Below are positions 12,297 to 24,900 of a stretch of DNA of 64,000 nt, piece after piece. A model generated the notes under the pieces. It was not told where the DNA came from and did not search any database. It was given only the letters and a program-made list of their open reading frames with translations. Each line of letters opens with the position of its first letter. Position 1 is the first letter of the stretch. The stretch is from the NCBI GenBank assembly GCA_013239625.1, contig MU054187.1:2241757-2305756 (forward strand), given 5' to 3'. The DNA comes from Lama guanicoe. Lineage: Eukaryota. The position numbers and the translations under genes were made by a program.

Positions 12297-12690
12297 CGAA
12301 ATGGTGACAAAGAAGGCTTGTGAGTGTCCCTCCCCCCACAGACGCACCAATTCCACAGCTACACAGAGAGCAATCCCCTTTGAAAGTGGCTCCTATGTAC
12401 ACATCAGGGCGTGAGAAAACGCCCACATCGAAACGGACAGGAAGGGCGAAGACACAGCCTCACCATGGTCCCCGCTCCGCGCTCCGCTCCTCGCAGTTGG
12501 GAGGGAGCTCCTCACTGCAGCTTCTCCTTGGGGAGCGAAGGGTCTAGAAGACACACCCAGCTCCTCGACTATCATGACCCCACCTGAGGGACAGGCCCCC
12601 CAAACACCTACCTCTCAAAGCCTTGCTCCCCAAGACCCACAAGACTGTGGCAAAAAAGAAGCATTTCCTAAGGGCACATGTGACTCTCTG
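12297..12690 (+). mobile_element. L1 5' UTR fragment (laurasiatherian-type)
   Basis: aaatggtgac...tccccccacagacgcaccaattccacagctacac...gcccacatcgaaacggacagg...gcttctccttggggagcgaagggt...gcccccaaacacct follows the recalled L1 5' UTR order. Confidence 0.65.
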
Positions 12691-12767
12691 AGACCCTCTT
12701 TCCACTTTGATATTTCAATCCAGCTGCAACAGGTATGTGCCCTGAAAATAGCTATTAACAAATAATC

Positions 12768-12852
12768 GGGGAAGGGTGTAGCTCAGTGGCAAAGCGCATG
12801 CTTAGCACACACGAGGTCCTGTGTTCAATCCCCTGTACTTCCACTTAAATAA
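12768..12852 (+). mobile_element. tRNA-Ala-derived camelid SINE (vic-1 type), short-tailed copy
   Basis: GGGGAAGGGTGTAGCTCAGTGGC (A box)...GTTCAATCCC (B box), AT-rich tail, TSD attaacaaataat (12754-12766) / attaacaaacaat (12853-12865). Confidence 0.9.
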
Positions 12853-14559
12853 ATTAACAAACAATTACGTGGATTAAGTAACAGAGCATTCCCTATCTTA
12901 AACCCTGGGTCCTGCTAATGGTACATATTTAGGTCCAGGGATCAGCAAGCATTAAAGGCTCTGTCCTTAAAGGATCATACTTACATTTGTAATTATAACA
13001 GAAATTCAGGTGAACAGAATCATCAAAAGTAATTTAAATGTAGCTGTTTTTCCCAGGTCAGTCTAAATGTGTCCAATTATTTCCTCCAATTGCAGATCAG
13101 GTCTTGAAAAATAATTCTATTAATTACCTCTTACGAAGTACATTACCTCTGTGCTTTTACTGCTATAAAAGAAAAAGGAGTTCCAGAATGTTTATCTGTC
13201 CACATTCCCCTCTTCAGTTTTCTAATACAAAAAACGTCTGTTACCATAAGGCCACATTTTATCATTATAGGTTCACAGTCTCACCTATCAAGCCCTTGGG
13301 CTCTCGTGTGAAAATTACCTGGTGTGTACACCTTGTTTCCGTAAGTCCTTCAGTAGCTCTGAGGCAGCGCTCTTGTAATCAAACGTCAATAGCTCTGGAG
13401 TGAGACAGGATGGGATAAAGACTACAAGCAGCCTCACTTCATTTCAGACCAGATTTCACCCCTGAATTTGCCGCTTATTTCTGGGAAAAAATTGATTTTC
13501 AGGGCTTTTTGCATTATAGAATCACAATTAAGTGATCTAAGTGACTAGGGCCCTTCAGGAAAATACTTCGTCGTGTGGCAACTATAACAAAGGAAGGGGA
13601 AAGGTGCGATCCTTCAAGTCTAATGAGAAATCGTACTTAATTCCCCCGTCTCCTCAGCATCCTCGCCCACCCTCGTCAAAGCCGGAAGCAAGCAGGTTCC
13701 GTAGCTCAGAGACACCGTTTAGCTGTACAGTACCGCGCATTCAGTGTGTTTAAAACACAGCTCACTCCCAGGATGAAGCCCACCTGTCTCTCTCCTCTCT
13801 CCTAGCACTGTATCAGCGGTGCTGGCTGACCAGCCAGCGTGAGGTCCAGGAGTCAGAGGGTGACCAGCAAGGAGATTTGGACGCACACGCACAACTCGCT
13901 ACACTTGTGACTTGATAGAAATAAACAGATACATCTTATTATCCCATGTAAGCATTACATCTCATTGATACATACGAGAAAACAGTATTTCCTAAAGCTC
14001 TCCCGTATGAAAAAATTTGGAGAAAAATATTTCAAATCAAAATTCAGGGATTTCCTCCACAAAAGCAGCACCACTTAGCAATGAAACAGAAGACGGGACT
14101 TCGGCTTGTTTAAGCCACAGAGTGGGGGGGACAGGTAATAAACCGAGTTAGCAACTGTGTGTGTTCCATTTTTACAGAAATTACAAACAACACTCTATCG
14201 AGTTTTGATCAGAGGACTGGTTTCTTCTGTGAAGAAAAGTATTACGTTACTCATTCCAGAATTCAGTTTCAAGAATTGTCCCGCCTGTAAATTAACGTTT
14301 CTCTAGCGAGCGTCAGTGAGACCCTCCCTGTCTGGCCCTTGAGAAGCTTCCCGTGCAGGCCTTCCGGGGGGCGCGTCGGAGGTGCGGGCACCCGTGCTTC
14401 CAGGAAGCACGTTCGGCTCAGACTTCGAGAGTCAAGTGACCAGCACTCGTTTAAGGCATGTTTGCTTATGGTCTTGGCTTTTTCTGTCTGGCAGAGACAC
14501 TATTATACATTTAGTCATGGAATAATTTTAGCTTCTTTAAATGCATAAAGTTTCTCAAG

Positions 14560-15280
14560 TTGGTGCAACATTTAGGTCAGCACTTTGGTTGTATTTAATC
14601 CCCCAAAACAAGCACTGTTATTTTCTTTCTTAGTTTCTTCGTTGTTGGTTTTAAAGGTACCTTTTCGCAGCCAGACCTTCTATTGGGAACCCTGTCTTTT
14701 TCTTAAGTTCTTCAAAAGTTCATTCACTGCGCACCAGGTGGGTGTGAACGCCCTCGGTGTGTGTCTGGCCGTGTCTTTATTTTGTGCTTCTTTTGTAACG
14801 GAAGGCTGACGACCTAGCTCCAGAGTGACCGTTACCTCCCGGCGCCCCTGGTGGACGGTGTGACACTGGCTCTGAGCTCCACCGTCTCGCGCTGAAGTCG
14901 GCTCTGGCTTCGAGGTCGTGTCTCAGGAGCAGTCTGCCCGTGCTCTTCACCTGCTTTTAAGATCTTTCTCTTCACTCTTCCGGCTGTTTAACTGCAATTA
15001 TCTGAGGCTTTTTTTTTTTTTGGAGGAAAAAAGTATCCTGTTGAGAATATGTGTTCCTCTTGACTATGGGTGTGTATGTCTTTCAACAATTTTTAAACTT
15101 CTCAGTCATTCTTTCCTTAAATATTCCATCTTCACTTTCTCTGGTCTTCCCCTCTGGAGTGCTGAGTGTCTGCTGGACCACCCTTCTGGAGGTCTCTTAA
15201 CTTCTCCAACATATCTTCCATTTCCTCATCTCTTAGTGCTGGATCATAAGTACTTTCAAGTGCTTTCTGCCCTGACGTCT
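14560..15280 (-). mobile_element. Old L1M fragment (antisense ORF1 region)
   Basis: gtctttattttg...cttctttt, gaagtcggct, ctgcttttaagatctttctctt and ttctcagtcattctttccttaaatatt are typical of the antisense L1M ORF1 region. Confidence 0.6.
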
Positions 15281-15299
15281 TAGCTATGGTGGTCCTGCA

Positions 15300-15347
15300 G
15301 GGTGGGTGTCCCGCGGGGTGGGCGTCCCGCGGGGTGGGCATCCCGCG
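15300..15347. repeat. 16-bp GC-rich tandem repeat x3
   Basis: gggtgggtgtcccgcg / gggtgggcgtcccgcg / gggtgggcatcccgcg. Confidence 0.95.
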
Positions 15348-15729
15348 GAGCTGCTCAGCTAACCAGGCACAAGCACCGATCCAGAAGTGCCTGGGACCTT
15401 ACCGCCCTGGAGCGACCCTTGTCCCCTGGGGAATGAGGCCAATCATACGCTCCCGTTCTCCGTGCCAGGTGGACGCTTCTGTGCATTCTGCAAAGCTCTT
15501 CACAGGGTCCTCAGCAAGCGCCCCAGTTGCCCACAGCAGTGACCAGTTCGTCCTGAATTAACGCCTGCTGAGCTGAGTTCCTCCTCTTCTCCGTGTCCGG
15601 CCCTCCCCACCCCATCTTGGTCCCTGTGATCACTTTCCAGAACAGTCCCCCTTCACGCAAGCGGCAGTGGCCGCCGGGCGCTCTACCAGCCCTCCCGTGG
15701 GGACGAAGGCATGCTTGTCCCAGGTGTAC

Positions 15730-16075
15730 AAGGCTTGCTTGCTGCTGGCCTTCCGAGAACTGCTTGTGACTGAAGACACCGCGTGACTCAAGAGCGTACT
15801 ACTGTCCCCGGGCCAGTCAATACCCAGGACCGGCCAGAACTGGACGACAAAGGCTCGACCCCTTGCCCCAGTGTGGAACAGTTCTGCGAGGCCATCTCAG
15901 ATCCAGAGCTCGCCGAGGGGACCACTGGGGCCTCTGCTGCAGATGCAGCACAGGTCTTCATCTCCGTTTGTCCAGATCCTCCCCTCCCTTGTATGTCAAT
16001 ACAGAGAGCAACATACTGACAAGCCTGCTCAACTCAAATCTACAACACAGGCTCTCCTTCCGCGTTTCGGAAGAC
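15730..16075 (+). mobile_element. ERVL LTR, LTR16-like
   Basis: ccccttgccccagtgtggaacagttctg...ccagagctcgccgagggg...ctcaaatct follows the LTR16 consensus order. Confidence 0.5.
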
Positions 16076-16200
16076 ATAGCTCTTGTCCCAGCCCTTGTTT
16101 TGCGTTTAGGTAACTCAAGCCAAGCCAGTTGCCTGGAACTCTCATTCTCTCTCTTCCTTTCTTTCTCTGCACCATCTCTCTGCCTCTCCCTCCTTCCTCC

Positions 16201-16202
<2 letters not shown>

Positions 16203-16242
<40 letters not shown>
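16203..16242. repeat. (TG)20 microsatellite
   Basis: Perfect 40-bp TG run. Confidence 0.98.
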
Positions 16243-16244
<2 letters not shown>

Positions 16245-19200
16245 GGACAGGGTAGATGATCACATACTTTCAGTAATATTTGCCTAAGATTTGACTTACA
16301 GTATCTCTGGCATAGGAATCAATCCTAACAAAAGAGAGAGTAATGACTTCTTAAGATGGAAATCAGGACTAGTCACCGAAGCATCCCAATTAACTATCGG
16401 TTAGACGGGGGCACTGGAAAAAACACGCATCTCAGTATGCAGGCTTTCTCTATCTTACTGAAAAATTATATTTATTTATCATTATTTGGGGACATTATAA
16501 CCATGAAGTTGTAAATTTATATTTTTTCTTCCATTTTTCCCAACAGCAGAGAGCTATCATTAATTTGCACTTTTTTATGCTGCATAATTTTTTTTTTTTA
16601 CCTCTGGACATACCTAGAAATGTTTGGCACTTTTGCATTTCAGCTGCTCTCAACACTCTTGTTTCATTGCCGATTGACTGTCCTTTGTAATTGCAGTTTT
16701 AAAATTAGCAGGTAATACATCACTTTTCCAAGACAACCAATAAATTGATAGGGTTGTTAAATTCAAGTCTGCACCTGATCCCTGCAGGGCCATTCATCTC
16801 TGGCATATAACACCACCTGCCTGTGCAGGAAATTAAGACCTGTCCTTTCCCTGACTATGAATGTTTTCTTTTAACAGTGGTATAAATTGAGTAATTGCAG
16901 AGAAATAATAAATTACCAAGTAAAGGGAAATGGGATTAAATATGTAGCTGGTTGAGACTACATTGTTTTTTTCAACCAGGCATGAGAAAATGAAGGATTA
17001 AGCAATAATGTGAGGATTTTTACCAATATGGGCAATAAATCTAGAGCCCCCAGGTTTCTGAGACACTGCTTTGTTCTTTAATGGAAATAAATTTAAACTG
17101 TAGAATTTATTATTTCCAATAGTCATTTTATTTTGCTTTCAGTAATCTGATCAAAGGAAAATAGGAAAACGCTCTTACTTTTATTTTCCTTAGATGTTTT
17201 ATATTTCATGTCAAGCACAACATCGTATTTCATAGTTATGAATATCGTGTCATTTAAATGATCCTTCTGGATGAAAGCCTCGGTGTTAACCACTTGGGTT
17301 TTTGAGGACACAAACATGCATGGAGCTTGTTGACAAGAACACACCTCATTGGCCACAGGACTGCTCTCACACACAGAGAGGATCCCCTTTGTTAAAGGAG
17401 AATGCAGCAGAACAGGGTCAGGCCTAGATGAAGTTCCAACACAAATTGTGAACTCCTTCTTCTGTGTGTTCCTACCTCCTCGTGGTCATAGCTGCACAGA
17501 CACATGCCACTTGCTGTCCCCCTGCTCCGGGTGGGGGGCCAGGGCATCCCAGGGCTCTGTGTGGTCTAATTCTTCTAACCCTTTCCTTACTCTCGTCCTC
17601 AGTTCACCAGTCTTGCTTTCCAAGCACTCAGGCAAGACTTACCTCGAAGCTAGGGTGGATATCCAAGTCTACAGGACACAATTTGATGGGCTCCTGCTTT
17701 CAAATCCTGACCTGCTGTGATAAAGAGCATCTTACTGCTGGACTCTGCTCCTGTTAGTCATGTAGGTGCTTCTGACTTGAAGGCTCCCGTATTAAAATTC
17801 ATAGACCTCTGAGATGTGACAGCCACTAACATCATTACCAGCACTTTGAGTGACCCTGGCTGAGCAAGGCCGCAGATGTGAGAACCGGAGAGACACGTGG
17901 GCAGGGAAGAGAATGGCGCTGAAGCCAGTCCCCGGGGGGGCCTCACACCCCTAACACGTACCTGAGCGCCCGGCACATGTACGCACCCCGGACGGTGAGT
18001 GGAATTGCGGGCTGACGACATGAAGGGCAGGCGCCTAAACCAGACTCGACAGCGTCACAGCCAGGAGGCCTTGTTCTTGAGGTGTTGTTAGACGACCAGC
18101 AAGTCAGCCTCAATTACAAACGCCACTCAACGTATGATGCTCATAAAGTTCCCATAAATACCCCTCTAACACACACACACGGCCCCCAGCTTCACGCAAA
18201 TGCGTTTACTGCAGCCTTTCTCACACAGTGTCATCACTGACTGGCTCGCCTGGACCGCACATCTCAGGCTCAGGTGCCGACAAGGCCCCACAACGGCCTG
18301 AACGTCCTGGCCGGGCGGAAGCGTCCGAAGGAGCAGCCCCGCCCAGCCGCTGCCTGTGCTGCGTAATGTGGGCGCAGCGATGCCGCCCCGCTGCGGGGTT
18401 TTAAGACTACAAAACATGTACTAGCTTAATGTAAAACGCGCTTGCCACCATTTAAAAGTTAGGAGGCCAACTCTGTCTGAACTAGACATGACGTTCAACT
18501 TCAGGCCAGACTGGACCGCAGGCTGGCAACTGTATGTCCTCTGAACTAGGGCAGATGTTCTGGAAGGAGAGCCAGGTCTTGTTTCTCATTCCTTGGAGCT
18601 CAGCACCGTGTCTGTGCAGGGCTGAGTGTGAACATGTTGCTGAACGTCCCCAGGCGAGTCTAATGTTGAGAACAACTGTGTTAACCCTGTGAGACACCGC
18701 TGTCGCCCTGGGGAGTGATTATCTGCAGCTTTTACTTTCTCCCCTTAGAAGAAAATTTTTATTTTTACAGGCTCTTGCTTGTACCACAATATATTAAAAA
18801 TATGAAAGAAGACATGAGAGTCACTCCAGGCAGTATTATCAAAGATCACAAAGGGAAATGCTTTATTCAGATGACAGACTTTTGACATTTTATCACATCA
18901 GGTTGGACTATGAAAAGAAATTCTGGTCAAATGTACCTGGATGGCTCCAGGTCTCCCCAAGCTTGATCCTCTGCTCACAAATGGGTGACTTCTATGCACA
19001 GATTCTCACCCACACTCCTGTTCACTGTGCCCTGCATGTTCATAAAACTGCTGCCCAGGAAATTGCCAGAAAGAAAAATTGGGGCCAGAAAAATTGTCCC
19101 GAGGACAGTGAAGAAGCACTCGATTTTATGAGCTGCTCCTTTGCCAAGAGAATGAAAACGAACCTGAACGGAGAAAGCTAACTGCTCCAGACGGAGCCGC

Positions 19201-19409
19201 ACCTCCAAAGCGCAGCTGGGAAGACATTAGTCTCAGTTCAGACTAAAATAAGATCATAGCCCAGGTGATCAAAAGTCAATACTATATTTGGTTCAAATTC
19301 ATCACCACCTGCCGTGGGTTTTTTGCCTTTTCGGACAGCCTACGTAGTCTCCTCGCTTTGCCCTGATGCCGGTTCCCTCTGTAGAAAGGAGCTCTATGTG
19401 GCTGCTCAT

Positions 19410-19583
19410 GCGCCAAGGTGTTCGAACCGGGTGCACACATGAGTTTTGAGGACTCCATGAACCTCCTTGCCACCAACTTAAATCACGTACAAAATTCTTC
19501 CATATGTGTTTTCTTTCTGGGTAAAGAGTGCAGAGCATTCATTAAGTTGTCAAAGGAACCAAGAAAATATTAATCATCACTGA
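19410..19583. mobile_element. hAT-Charlie MITE, MER103-like
   Basis: ccatgaacc...tacaaaatt...tttctgggtaaagagtgcagagcattcattaagttgtcaaagg...atcactg resembles MER103. Confidence 0.55.
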
Positions 19584-19944
19584 CCTAGAAGGTCCTCCAG
19601 TTCCCTTCTAAGTACTGAAATATCTCGGACTATTTCAGGAAGTCGTGCAAAATGAATATGAATAACTAAAAAGAATAACTAAAATCTGTGTAACTATTTT
19701 ACTGAAATAATAAATTATCCAGATTAAAAATAAAAGAAAAACGGCTGTTTTTTTTAAATGTATGGATTCTTGTCTTTTGAGATTGTTCCCTGTCATGACA
19801 AAATGTAAAGCCAGTCCTCAACATGCACAGGGCTTTAACAAATTACGAAGAGATGAATGAACTATTCAATAGAAAACAATGACTAAATGACGTTTCCTCT
19901 CCTAGGACCAACCCTGGTGCGTTATATACAAATATAATGTGGCT

Positions 19945-20345
19945 ATATTAGTTCTACGGGCCACACACAGCTACTGATCCCTGTATAACAGACCACCACA
20001 AAGCTACGTGTCTGCCTATTAGAATGGATTGTGCATCTGTAGGTTAGCTGGAGGCTGGTGGAAACCGTCTGCAGTTACATGTCTGCAGGTCGGCTGAGGA
20101 TTCTACTCTCGGCTTCTGCAGTTCGACTGCATCTTCCTCCTGGGACCAGGGGACCAATGTGAGTGTGCCTGCTCAAGGCGGTGGTGGATGAGCAAAAACA
20201 AGCAGAAATTTTGAAGACCCTTAAGGTCTAGGTTGCAACAGCCACACCATCACTTCTGCCTCATTCTACTGCCCAAAGCAAGTCGTGTGGGCAACGGTTG
20301 GAGAAATACAGTCAGGATCTACACCAGCGGTGTCTGGTGATGGAG
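19945..20345 (-). mobile_element. MaLR LTR (MLT1 family)
   Basis: cccttaaggtctaggttgcaacagccacaccatcacttctgcctcattctactgcccaaagcaagtc is a hallmark of antisense MLT1. Confidence 0.65.
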
Positions 20346-20349
20346 AGGA

Positions 20350-20570
20350 GGGAGGACAAAGGCCCGGCCGGCCAGCCCAGATCTGGACGGCGCCCACGGG
20401 CAGGTCCTGCTTTAGACGCTCCCGTCAGGGTGGCTGGGCCCCTGCCTCGTGCTCTGCCTACTGCTGTTGTTCCGTCTTCTTTTCAGAGGCTTGGCTGCCC
20501 CCCAGACATCTGCAGCCCAAACTCCATCTCAGCGTCTGCTCCCAGGAACCTGACACTTTAGCTGACAGTT
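20350..20570 (+). mobile_element. ERVL LTR16-like 3' portion
   Basis: Ends acatctgcagcccaaactccatctcagcgtctgctcccaggaacctgaca. Confidence 0.6.
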
Positions 20571-21512
20571 CCCTGGTGACAGTTTCCAGCTCAGTTTCCA
20601 GTGCATTCCCCTTGTCAGCTGTATTTCTATTGTCTTCTATTTTTGCCCAAATTGAATAAAATTCCTAAGTCCTTTTCTGATCATTTACATACATGGTAAC
20701 CAACAGAGGTAATGTTGCTATAAAACCAAAAGGAGCTTCCATTTTTCATTACTACTTTCAGAGAGTTTCAATTCTGCAAACTTTTTCCCCACATCTGTTC
20801 ACATTCTACAGGACTCAGTGCCATTTAACTATTATTTCTGATTTTTTACCTCAATTGTTCAACTGCTCGTCAAACTGACTTTTATAGTCCTTAAAAAGAA
20901 CATTCTGTTAAACTTAACACAGTCTCAAGGTAATGAAGACCAGCTGATATTCCAGAGCTGAGACATGCGAAGCCACAGACAACAGGAACTCCTCAGACCC
21001 CTGTGAAGCAGCCCCACGCCGCGGGAGTGCGAAGGCAGTGCTGTGCGATTTGCCTCTCTGCCTTTCAGAAGTGACTTTACTGACGGAAGCGAGTCAGGGG
21101 GAAAATCTAATGACATGTGACATTAATGATAAACAAACAGAAGCTCTAAGTAAAATTTGCTTTTAATAAACAAAATGTATGTCCACCTGGCACAAAACCA
21201 GGATTAGAAGCAGCAAGTGCATTTTTAATTAAATAATTTCTAGTAGGACCAAGTAAAACCAGCAGGTAAATATATCCTCGAAAGGAGAGATGTGAAAAGA
21301 GAAGCCTAGTGACAACCTTGGAAGGAAAGGGTCGGAAAGGGGTCCCTAGGATGGGGCCCACCCTGCCTGTGTCCCCACCCCGGCTTCTCTCACATCTTTG
21401 GCCGCGACTAAAAAGTCCATGTTTGTGGTCATTTATGGATGAATATAAAATGAGCTACAAATTTACCCTAATTTTTGTAAGATGTGGCACCAGAATAAAA
21501 GATAACCACAAA

Positions 21513-21949
21513 CACCATTTGCAGCAAAATGGATGTCCCTGGAAAATGTCATTCTATGTGAAGTAAGCCAGAAAGAGAAAGAAAAATACCATATGAGATA
21601 GCGCATATGTGGCACCTAAAAAAAAAAAAAAAGAAAGAACATAAATACAAAACAGAAACAGACTCATAGACATAGAATACAAACTTGTGGTTGCCAAGGG
21701 GGTGGGAAAGGACAGACGGGGATTTCAAAATTTGTAGATACTGACAGGCATATGTAGAATAGATAAACAAGATTATACTGTACAGCACAGAGAAATATAT
21801 ACAGGATCTCGTGGTAGCTCACAGTGAAAAAAAGGTGACAATGAATATATGTATGTTCATGTGTAACTGAAAAATTGTGCTCCACACTGGAGTTTGACAC
21901 AACACTGTAAAATGACTATAACTCAATAAAAAAAAAGTTAAAAAAACCC
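21513..21949 (+). mobile_element. 5'-truncated young L1 (ORF2 tail plus 3' UTR)
   Basis: ccatttgcagcaaaatggatgtccctggaaaatgtcattct...AATAAA and A-tail; TSD gataaccacaaa (21501-21512) / gataaccataaa (21950-21961). Same family as the L1 at 36.1 kb. Confidence 0.92.
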
Positions 21950-24900
21950 GATAACCATAAAAGATTGAGCGTGTCAACTTCTCTAATGTGTTTTAAAACA
22001 ACCTACCTTACAATAAACCTTAATAACTTTTCTCAGATTCCATACCGTTCCACCCAAGAGCAGCACGTATGTGCGCGTGTGCAGAGGGGAAAGCGAAAAG
22101 CCTAGGAGTGGGGAAAGGTGAGTCTTCTTAAGGGGCTATGAGTTTAATTCTTTAAGTTCCAAAGTAAGTGCAAAGAGATTAAAAAAAACAGCTTTGGCTA
22201 CAATGGGATTGAGAGGAAAGAGGGATTAAGGAGCATAAACGTGGCAGGAAGTCAGCACTGTGTGATTTGCTTTGATTGTCATCTCTTCAGTTTACAGGAC
22301 ACCATAAATCAATGTCCGTATTTGAAGAAAGGTCCTATTTTTAGTTCAAGGAAGTAATCGCTCTCACTGAATCAGTTCCCATCGTGGTATTTTTAGACCG
22401 GATTGTCTGATCCGACTGCTTGATACTGTAAAGACTGACTTCACTCTATTTTAAGTACAGGCTAAAACCCCTCTGGGAACCCCAAGCGGCGCCCCCGAGT
22501 CCACACAGGGATCAAGCTGAATGAACAGCAGCCTCTTTCCTCCTGACCTTTCAGGGAATTACGGACAGGAAGCTCATACAAACAGTTCGTGTGTTGGAAA
22601 AGCCTAACAAATGCTGTTGCAGGTGGTTTCCCTTCGTTTCCAGACTCTAACTACAGACAGTGTGTTTCCAGGTCATACTCACGTCCAAGTGCACCATCAA
22701 ACAATCAGAGAATGCGACTTGTAATATTTTTGGAGAAGACACAGTGCGGTGTACCGAAAGGATGCAACTGGCAGGTTCTGTCCAGAAAATTTTTCCAAAA
22801 CATGATTTGTCATAAAGAATGTTACACCTTCAGGGTGAAATTAATAGAAGTGGGCGGTCTGGGTAATAAACAGAGCAGTAAAGCCCTCAGTGTTCTCAGG
22901 ACAGACCTTCATCCTCTCATGGTCATTGGCGCCTTATCGACTCAACCGTCCAGGTCAAAGTCGGCAGGGTCTCATCCTGGTCGTCAAAGCCAACGGAAGC
23001 CAGAAGCGTGTACGAGCCCAGCTGGTGACGAGCTGCTGAGCAGGCCCACTTGCCAGGCCCCGGACGGAAGGCTGAGGAGGTCGGCTAGGAACTAGCCGTC
23101 ACCTCTGTTCTCGAGCCAGTGCCCGGAGCAGAGAGAGAGTCCAGGGTGCGAATTTCCCAAGAGGCTGTGGATACAACAGAGAGCTGTCAGATCTACCAGG
23201 CGGTCAAGGAAGGCTTCCTGGACTAAGTCGCGTCTGAGCTGGGCTGTGAAAGACGTTTGCAGGACAGAAAAAGAAAAAAAAAAAGGAGCGTAAAAGAGCA
23301 TGCGCAGAGACAGGGCTGTGCACACAGGGTGTGTTCCGGGAAAGGCAAGTACTGCTCAATAGGGTGGTAATCCTGTTCTCTTTGCCTCCGAGAACACCGA
23401 CAGGCACCCCAGAGGGGCCGGGACCCTCTGAGCCAGGCTCTTCCGGAGCCGCTCCCGCTGGAGGCCGATGAGCTCGGCTTTCGGGCACAGTCCCGTGTTG
23501 CACGGGGGCCGAGCTGGTCTTGGAGACAGAACGGTGATGGTGCTTCGTAGCTGAGCAGCCTTGTCAACTTTTAAAGACTGTTTTTAAGTCCACGTTCTCT
23601 CTCTAGCGTACATCCAGTGGCTGAGCAGGGTCCTACATTTGAGTTCATTAAAACAAATAAAGTGGAGAAAAGGCAAGTTACCTACGTCACTCAAGTAAAA
23701 TAGTCGTTATGCCATTTTCTGGAAAGTGTCAGCAAGAGGTTGTTCGTTTAAATTACTCTACCACTACCTGCAAAAAAATCATCTCTGTGTTCCCTGTCCC
23801 CCTGCCCAGGAGACCTGCCCCAGCTCCGAGCTCCCCCAGCACGGATCGCGCCCTCCACGCACTCACCGGTTCTCATTCACCTACGTGCGCCCTGGTGAAC
23901 GCACGCAACTTTTAAATAAAACTTTGCCCATTTTAGCATGTGTGAGAAATAAGTATTCTATCCAAGTCTCTGTGAAGCGTGTGTTCTAATGCCTTAAGAA
24001 CTCCTATAATACAACAGACGCAGAGCTTTGACACTTAAAAGCAACCAGACCCCAACTGATTGAACTGACAACTGAGACGTTCCCCGTCCTTTGAGCCGGT
24101 GACGTCTGACTATTTAGGGCACCCTGGAAACGCTCTTCCTCACTGCCATAGCCGGGTTCCCAGGAAAGAGGCAGTCTCTTCTTTGTCTTACGAACCTGTT
24201 CGTGATTTCTACTGAATCTCCCAGTTAAACAAAACCGACGCGTTAAACATCCAAGCCCCTCCCTGTGGCTTTCTAAGACGGGGAAAGCATCTCTGCAACG
24301 GGGTTGCCGTTTCTCACGTGACACACACAGGTGTCCCCGTAGCGTTCACGTGCCAGTTAATTCCAACACCTACACATATGCATCCATAGTTCACGGTGTC
24401 CTAGGAAGTATTTTTAAGGCACAAGGTATTCTGCACATGTTTCCACATACATGTCAGACACCTAACATGGACAAAGGTGCAAAGCACACGCGGGACCACG
24501 CATCTGTCTGCACCTCCCCTGCTTTCCTGCCCACTCCCCGCTCCGTGCTGCCCATCCAGGGGCCTGCCAGCCAGTGGTCCCAGGGCTCTGAGCTGTCCCC
24601 ACGGGGTGCGGCCAGAGGGACGTGAGCCTCAGGTTTTATTAGGAAGTCAGTATATCCTCTCATCTATCACAGAGAAATCCTAGCTCTGTCTTGATTCCTC
24701 TAGATTCCGTCAATCGTGCTCTCTGGTTTTTCAAGCTTTTTTTGTTTCTAAAACATTTATCAGCTGCCACGGCACACAGGCACTACCCGCTCCCGAAATC
24801 TCGCTTAACCCTTGTGGGATTCTGGGCTGGCCTTGCCTCACTGGCGCATCTCCCCTGCCGAGTAGATCTCCATTTCTCACTGCACTGCAAGAGATAAACA

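Noticed and set aside
12768..12843. tRNA-Ala(AGC) gene (also 50.8 and 61.3 kb)
   Set aside because: Acceptor stem does not pair properly, and the A-rich tails and TSDs indicate SINE copies.
14841..14854. CTCF-like ccaccaggggcgcc (minus strand)
   Set aside because: One G short of the core spacing and located inside a GC-shifted L1 fragment.
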